Made by a program: the position numbers and the translations under genes. The notes under the pieces are model-generated. The model did not search any database. It was not told the DNA's origin and saw only the letters and a list, made by a program, of their open reading frames with translations. From a candidate division WOR-3 bacterium (GTDB lineage Bacteria; Hydrothermota; Tepidihabitantia; Tepidihabitantales; CAIPLT01), in NCBI GenBank assembly GCA_965649215.1, contig CBFGJZ010000008.1, forward strand, positions 1 through 52,669: 52,669 bases of DNA, written 5' to 3'. Below are positions 47,301 through 52,669 of this stretch, in pieces (position 1 is the stretch's first letter; each line of letters begins with the position of its first letter).

Positions 47301-49068
47301 TAATCAGAAAACTCGTATTTTTACTTATGATCATTATGATGTAGGCGTTAGAAGTATTGTTGAACCAGTCGGTACTGTCTATTTAGGAAATCCGGTGTAT
47401 CCAACGGTCTGGGTTAAAAATTATGATATTACAACACCAAATGTTTTCAATGTTACTTTGAAAATTGGTGATGTATATACAAATACTAAATCAGTCAGCA
47501 ATTTAGCGCCTAACGATTCAACTTTAGTTATCTTTGATGTCTGGATGCCGGTATTGGGTACTTATAGTATTATTGCATACACTTCAAAAGAATATGATAT
47601 TAATCCTAGTAATGATACGGTATTAAGCGAAATTATAGTAAGTGAGCCCATAAATAATGTGGGTGCGATTGCAATTTTAATGCCGACCGATACGGTTAAT
47701 GCTAATATGTTAATTGCTCCACGGGCAAGAGTAAAGAATTTTGGCGGGGTTAGCGAAACTTTTACTGCTCGGTTTAAGATTGGTGACATCTATAATGAGA
47801 CTGTGCTAGTAGAAAATCTTGCCCCGAATGCTGTGCGAGAAATAACTTTTCCCCAATGGTTAACCATTGCGGGTAGCTATACGGTAAGTTGTTCAACAGA
47901 ACTAGAGAGCGACCAAAATCATAACGACGATAAAGTTTCAAGTCAGACGATAGTGAGACTAATCGATGTTCTAATAAATGAAGTTACCGTTCCGCAAGAT
48001 ACCATTATAACTGACTATAGTTATCAACCAACCGTAGTGATTTTTAACAATAGCGCTTATACTAATACGGTTGCCTTGTGTTCAGTATTAGTTAGAATTG
48101 TTTATTATCCAGCTGAGTTAGTAGGTTATTGTTCAATTAGACCAAATTCTGAAGGAATAGTTGAATATGAAGAATGGTTAGTCAGCGAGCTTAATGTTGG
48201 GGAGACCGATACTTTATATTTCCCGAGTTATCACACTTTGCATTGGGATATTTACTGGCACGGAGAACCAATAACGCATCAGCTGATTGTAGAAGTAAAA
48301 ACTGCGAATGATTGCGACTTATCAAATAATTTAGTTGATCGACCGCTTATTGTCCGCGCTCATAATCGTGATTTAGCGATGATTGGAACAGCCTTAATTG
48401 ATGGTGAACAGATTGCCCGCCGCGATACTTTAGAAATTAAAACCTATAATGTAATGTCTGTAATTGTAAATTCTGATTTTGGTCCTTTACTACCTTACCG
48501 AGCACGAGTTAAAATAACGAAATTAGACGATAATCTCTTGGTTTATTCACGCTACTTAGATAGATGGCTTAATGCTAGTTCATATGACTGTCTCGTTTTC
48601 CCAACGGGTTGGATGCCCGTACAAGCAGGCTGGTATAAAATTGAGAGTTGGCTTGAAACTCGACCGTTTGATGATGTAATCACTGAGAATAATTATGCAG
48701 AACATGCCTATTATTTTGTGGATCTTTTACCCTGTAGCCATTCCAGCCAAATTGTGCAAAGTTCACAAAATGTCAACGCGACTTTGCCGTCAACATTTAT
48801 TTTGGATGCGAATATCCCCAATCCCTTTAATCAGAGAACTATAATCCAATGGCAGATGCCCAAGGCAACTAAAGTTAGCATCACAGTTTACGATGTGAAT
48901 GGGCGAGTAGTTAAGAATCTAATTAATAGTTACTTGGAAGGCGGTATTCATCAAATCATTTGGGATGGCACGAACAATAACAATGAAAAAGTCGATGCTG
49001 GTATTTATTTCTATGAGATGAAAGCCGACAAATTTAACAGTCGACGCAAAATGATAATAACTCAATAA
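44338..49068 (+). CDS. 1576-aa secreted multidomain adhesin-like protein (FG-GAP propeller, CARDB-like Ig domains, cleaved-adhesin/MAM-like domains, FlgD/T9SS CTD)
   Basis: SD AAGGAGG; signal peptide; GDVDRDG, GDANNDG and GDIDPD repeats; EGFEG...PPEGW...DDWLVTP...LDDI; C-terminal NIPNPF...WDGTN...AGIYF. Confidence 0.9.
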   Translation: MCKNKYALIIVISLLISISLAATPTFSNNLPAVQNSLEISKHPIILNNIEKKDIFSISPDAPLGFDSSTMHIGSATLRDVVVGSKLKGPSDDTVRIFSVQSAAPRQALLCTDTGSTSMKWRTDTLQTASVGFAGAAIGDVDRDGTNEIIYGKFSTPYHLHRARWSGTNWIIDTLGPSPGVYFTFSTGPIYDVAIGDANNDGYADDIIATLGTGGAMHLRWTGTAWDTFRIVIGDAAACYGVAVGDFNPNFPGNEVALVTYYGTLAEARWNNATNSWSVVPILSNTVVGFYDVVIGDIDPDSPGNELVALNYKNFATYGNIFIFYSVGSSWSLLQLLGYIGGWSTLGEFAIGNVFDANNGNELVAVQGGSSSGTPFIVYKNFGNWYLLGLPGTGGTNYGVAVGNINRHRVGTYITEHEIAISGNNRIWEYQQRAMFNNDVTVSNITFTPSIIFVGDSVRVTISITNTGYNTQTSIPVSYTDGTIMVNETWTGSIIYGQTINYTFNTKYIPTSVGSVTIKGYTGLVGDQYPQDDTMIKQFSVVNPAINTFPYFQNFEGTVEPEWVSGIYAGTANDWVLGTPAKTNITGPFSGSNCWVTNLTANYSLSQNSFVMTPVFDFSSLTNPVVLSVWHNFYTEDGWDAGIIEYTTDGINWVKLDTASGLAINWYNSTSTSGPIPPMKWSGNTRTVFPSHINGWVKSSRVLNMLVGQSRVRFRFRFGSDPSVAYEGWAFDDFQIEIFRDVSVEEIIRPQLVEPMAFMPEVMVKNNGDVTENIPVVAEIWTQSIGLNEGFEGTVFPPEGWVVYNNDGGTQTWIRNTTNPHSGSAAASCRYETSTLRNDDWLVTPQINVPTGAALSFWYRTSTAADDTMEIYLSTTGNAISNFTTLLDAFGIRTTSWAQKTIDLSAYAGQQIYIAFVNKGLYQWTVFLDDIEIAYTPPSLIYADTTTVYNVLPNSPALPVSFDMWTPVVLGSYTFKAYTILDGDLVPTNNQKTRIFTYDHYDVGVRSIVEPVGTVYLGNPVYPTVWVKNYDITTPNVFNVTLKIGDVYTNTKSVSNLAPNDSTLVIFDVWMPVLGTYSIIAYTSKEYDINPSNDTVLSEIIVSEPINNVGAIAILMPTDTVNANMLIAPRARVKNFGGVSETFTARFKIGDIYNETVLVENLAPNAVREITFPQWLTIAGSYTVSCSTELESDQNHNDDKVSSQTIVRLIDVLINEVTVPQDTIITDYSYQPTVVIFNNSAYTNTVALCSVLVRIVYYPAELVGYCSIRPNSEGIVEYEEWLVSELNVGETDTLYFPSYHTLHWDIYWHGEPITHQLIVEVKTANDCDLSNNLVDRPLIVRAHNRDLAMIGTALIDGEQIARRDTLEIKTYNVMSVIVNSDFGPLLPYRARVKITKLDDNLLVYSRYLDRWLNASSYDCLVFPTGWMPVQAGWYKIESWLETRPFDDVITENNYAEHAYYFVDLLPCSHSSQIVQSSQNVNATLPSTFILDANIPNPFNQRTIIQWQMPKATKVSITVYDVNGRVVKNLINSYLEGGIHQIIWDGTNNNNEKVDAGIYFYEMKADKFNSRRKMIITQ

Positions 49069-49084
49069 AAATATAAATAAAACT

Positions 49085-49122
49085 TAGGGATGCTTCAATT
49101 AAAGAAGCATCCCTATTTTTTT
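49085..49122 (+). terminator. Intrinsic terminator
   Basis: 12-bp perfect stem TAGGGATGCTTC/GAAGCATCCCTA followed by T7. Confidence 0.9.
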
Positions 49123-49198
49123 AGTAAGGAAATTAGCAGAAAAGAATCTTAAAATTGAATTGACTTCTTATATATGGTTTTACAACTATCTTTATTTA

Positions 49199-50950
49199 TT
49201 ATTTTAATTCGTATTCTAAAACTTGTCGCTGGTAAAGTTTATAATATAGACCATGCCTTTTTAATAATTCTCGATGGGTACCTTGTTCAATAATTTTACC
49301 TTTATCAAGACAATAGATAAGATCACAACCTGAAAGTAATGAAAGTCGATGGGATATAATGATCATGGCTTCATAAAGCTTTGATAATAGCAGTGATTTG
49401 ATAATTTGTTGTTCCGTTTGAGCATCTAAATTTGAAGTTGCGTCGTCAAGAATTAAGATTGAGGGGCGATTAAAAAGAGCTCTTGCTAAAGCGACTTTTT
49501 GTTTCTGACCGCCCGAAAGAGTTAACCCTTTTTCACCAATCAGCTGGTTAATACCATCGGGCAGTAGCTTTATATCATCAGTAAGTTGCGTTATTTCAAT
49601 AATTTTTTGTAGATGTTCTTTGTCATTAGTAAATGATAGACTGCGACCCCAAAGAATATTATTAATAAGTGTATCGGAAAACAAACTGCTTTCCTGGGGA
49701 ACATAACCAAACATACTTCGTAAAGATAAAATATCGTATTCTGAATAAGATATATCATTAAGGGTGATTTTACCATAAGTCGGGTCAATGATTCGGAGTA
49801 GTAACTTTACTAGAGTTGATTTGCCCGAACCAACCGTACCAGCAATACCGAGTTTGAGATTAGGAGTGATTTTCAAATTGATTTCTTGTAAAACAAATGG
49901 TAATTTAGGATCGTATCGATATGAGACATTATAGAATTCGATTTTTGACCACGATTGGATAATTTTTGGTTGTGTTGATAATACTTTAATATCAGCTTCA
50001 ATAGTTTTTAAGGCGCTTAACCTTTCCGCCCCTGCTTTAGCACGGCGACCCGCAACAAAGAAATTACCAATATCAAACATTGGTGTAATTAACATGAGGA
50101 TATAGGCATTAAAAGCAATAAATTCACCAATTGTCAGTTTTTGTTTAATGACAAGTGTTCCACCAACCCATAAAATTATGAGGATGCCAAGTTCTGCAAT
50201 TCCTGAAAAAAATATGTTAATTTTAGCTTCAGCTTTAGTAACTTTAAGTGCGTTATAAAGTCGTTCCTTAAGAATTTCGATAAACCGCATAATATAATTA
50301 GGTTCGGTAACATAGGATTTAATGATCTTAATACCACTAAAACTTGCTTCCAGATAGCTACTAACCAAAGACATACTTTCACGCCATTTACGATATCCAA
50401 GATATACTAACGGTCCTAATTTTAACCAGACAATAACTGCGATACTGATTGGTAATACAGAAAATAAAGTTAGCAGGGGGTTAATTTTAATCAAGATAAT
50501 TAAAGCAACAATAATAGTGAAAATACCTTCTAGGGGTCGAAAAATTCCTGAACAGGCAAACCATGACAACTCACCCAAATCTTGATCTAATCTTTCAATA
50601 ATGTCACCGCTGGGGAAGCGATTAGTGAAATTTATGCCCATTTTTAAGATATGGCGAAACAATTGACTCCGTGTTTGCCATTGGAAGATTTCATTAGTAC
50701 GCCCCCGTAAAAAAGGCAAATAAACCGAGGCGGTTGCTCGTAACAGACCAAGTCCTAATAAGATAAGCACATATCTTATAATTTGAGTTGGAGCCAAATT
50801 AGATTTAATACCATCAATAATTAGTTTTAAAAGATAGGGGAATGATAAGGTAATAAGAGTTGCCAGGATAGTCACAATGATAATAAAGAATAGTCTTTTT
50901 TTGTTATTTTTGTAGAAATCGATGATTAATTGATAACTCGCCAGTTTCAT
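49199..50950 (-). CDS. ABC exporter fused permease/ATPase (heterodimer half with degenerate Walker B)
   Basis: Six-TM domain, GTVGSGKST, LSGGQKQ, ILILDD (Glu replaced by Asp) and SHR. Confidence 0.93.
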   Translation of the reverse strand: MKLASYQLIIDFYKNNKKRLFFIIIVTILATLITLSFPYLLKLIIDGIKSNLAPTQIIRYVLILLGLGLLRATASVYLPFLRGRTNEIFQWQTRSQLFRHILKMGINFTNRFPSGDIIERLDQDLGELSWFACSGIFRPLEGIFTIIVALIILIKINPLLTLFSVLPISIAVIVWLKLGPLVYLGYRKWRESMSLVSSYLEASFSGIKIIKSYVTEPNYIMRFIEILKERLYNALKVTKAEAKINIFFSGIAELGILIILWVGGTLVIKQKLTIGEFIAFNAYILMLITPMFDIGNFFVAGRRAKAGAERLSALKTIEADIKVLSTQPKIIQSWSKIEFYNVSYRYDPKLPFVLQEINLKITPNLKLGIAGTVGSGKSTLVKLLLRIIDPTYGKITLNDISYSEYDILSLRSMFGYVPQESSLFSDTLINNILWGRSLSFTNDKEHLQKIIEITQLTDDIKLLPDGINQLIGEKGLTLSGGQKQKVALARALFNRPSILILDDATSNLDAQTEQQIIKSLLLSKLYEAMIIISHRLSLLSGCDLIYCLDKGKIIEQGTHRELLKRHGLYYKLYQRQVLEYELK

Positions 50951-52669
50951 ATTTCTTCGGATTTGAGATATTGTAAACGATATAAACGGTAATAGTAACC
51001 GCGGTGTTTAATTAATTCTTGCGATGTACCTTGTTCGACGAGCATTCCTTTGTGGATTACCAAGATACGATCAACATTTTTGAGTGTTGCCAAACGATGA
51101 GCAATGATGATGGCAGTTCGATTACGAAGCAATTTTTCAAGTCCTTGTTGAATCAAATTTTCGGTATAAGGATCAATTGATGAAGTGGCTTCATCTAAGA
51201 TCAAAATTTCGGGATCGCGCACCAATGCTCGCGCAAATGATAAAAGTTGCCGTTCACCCAAAGAAAGGTTAATACCGCGTGCGATTAAATCGGTTTCATA
51301 GCCATTAGGAAACTTTTCAATCATTTCATGAATGCCAATTTGTTGAGTTGCTTTTTGTACTTGAGCAAGTGAAATAGATGAATTAAATAGTCGCAGATTT
51401 TCGAGAACGGTTCCTGGAAATAAAATAATATCTTGGGGTACAAAACCAATTATATTACGTAAGGTATCATTGCTGATTTCAGTTAGCTTGTAATTTTGAA
51501 TGAGAATATTTCCTTTTTGAGGTATATAAAATTTTAAAAGCAAACTTACGATTGAAGTTTTACCGCTACCCGTTAATCCGACCAAAGCGATCTTTTCACC
51601 CTTTTTGATTTCAAAAGAAATATTCTGTAAAACCCATTCCTGATTGTTTTGATAAGAAAAATAAAAACATTTTTAAAGGCAATGAAATTTTCACTTAGAG
51701 ATAACTGAGGAATGGTTTTTAGATGACCCTGCTTTTCGGTTTCAGTGTCAAAGATATTGAAGATACGTTGAGCTGAGGCAAAGGCACGTTGCATTATATT
51801 AAGCTGGTCAGATAGTCCTCGTAATGGCATAAACAGTCGAGTGATATAAGATGCAAACAGGAAAAGAGTACCGATTGTGACTAATCCTGTAAGTGCCCAA
51901 ATGCCACCAATACCAAGGATTAATACAAGACCAAGCACTTCCCCAAAGTCAATTAAATACCAGATGCGATACCATAATTTCATACCTTGATATTCTTGAG
52001 CATATTTTTCCTGATTAAATTGTTCCATTTTCAACGCTGTGTATTCTTCTCGGTTGAAACTTTGTATGACATGTAAGTTTTGGGTTGTTTCGTTAATAAA
52101 ATTATTGATTTCAGCCATTTTCCGACGGATCTGGAGATATACAGGGCGAACTTTTTTTTGAAACCAGCTAAAAGCATAGACAAAAGGTGGTAATAAGATA
52201 AATATTATTAAGAATAATTTATAATTGATAACCGCCATGACAATTGACATACCAACTAACAAGACAATATCTTGAGTTAACACGACAGCAGTAGTATTAA
52301 AGAGATTCTTAATTGCTTCGGTATCTGAGTCAACACGAGTTAAAAGACGACCAACCGGATTTTTGTCAAAGAATTGCATAGGTAAGTGTAGGATGTGTTC
52401 ATAGAGATTCTGTTTTAGTAATGCGGAGGCTTTCTCACCGATATAAGCTAAACTGATACGTTGGTAATAACCAATTATATAGATAACGAGCTGAAGCAAC
52501 AAATATAATAACGAAGTTTTTAAAAGGCCATTGAGGTTACAAAATTTAATATCAACATCAATAGCATGCCTTAATAAGAGAGGCGCTAATAAACCAAGCG
52601 CCGTAGAAATCAAAAGTAATATGGTTGCCGTAATAATCCGACCTCGGAATTTTATAAAGTAAGGAAATA
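50947..52669 (-). pseudogene. ABC exporter fused permease/ATPase, 5'-truncated by the window and frameshifted near 51657-51667
   Basis: The TM domain frame (open to the window edge) and the NBD frame (GLTGSGKTS, LSLGERQ, ILILDEATS, AHR) join if 2 extra T are removed from GTTTTTATTTTT, giving FKNVYFSYQNNQEWVLQNISF. Confidence 0.8.

Noticed and set aside
1324-50400. Many short ORFs in the track that are antisense to or nested in genes (e.g. 4488-4829, 5789-6229, 11216-11581, 12217-12540, 44277-44591)
   Set aside because: Shadow ORFs of well-supported genes, with no motifs or translation signals.

Overview
AT-rich bacterial chromosomal segment, mostly housekeeping genes. Three secreted proteins with T9SS/FlgD-type C-terminal sorting domains and a GxxKG-type Kelch-like propeller suggest an FCB-related lineage such as candidate division WOR-3 (inference, not verified). 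A long minus-strand block (1876-24009) carries queF, nnr, ispG, murA, tRNA-Ser(GGA), scpA, a DUF362 Fe-S protein, an AmmeMemoRadiSam radical SAM enzyme, yceD, moxR, a cyclophilin, an M14 carboxypeptidase, pyrK/D/F/E, a TPR lipoprotein, kbl, tdh, deoC and cysS. The mostly plus-strand block after it carries a PKD/PQQ lipoprotein, ileS, a DksA/TraR protein, truA, DUF58, BatA/vWA, a secreted phosphoesterase, a repeat/HEAT protein, valS, a MotB-like protein and a 1576-aa adhesin-like protein. The window ends in a heterodimeric ABC exporter, one half of which is frameshifted. I found no CRISPR array, transposase, integrase or prophage. The most notable observations are: (1) an 18-unit degenerate 12-bp periodic non-coding array at 38041-38256; (2) a leader uORF running through a predicted pseudoknot next to the SD of the adhesin gene; (3) repeated sigma70 promoters with 16-nt spacers ending 5-9 nt before start codons (leaderless mRNAs); (4) IleRS with the swapped GVHH signature and ValRS with RMSRS; (5) a radical SAM enzyme with a Sec-like signal peptide; (6) a Tdh lacking its structural-zinc cysteines; (7) a secreted phosphoesterase paired with a DxxGxDxY-repeat/HEAT protein.
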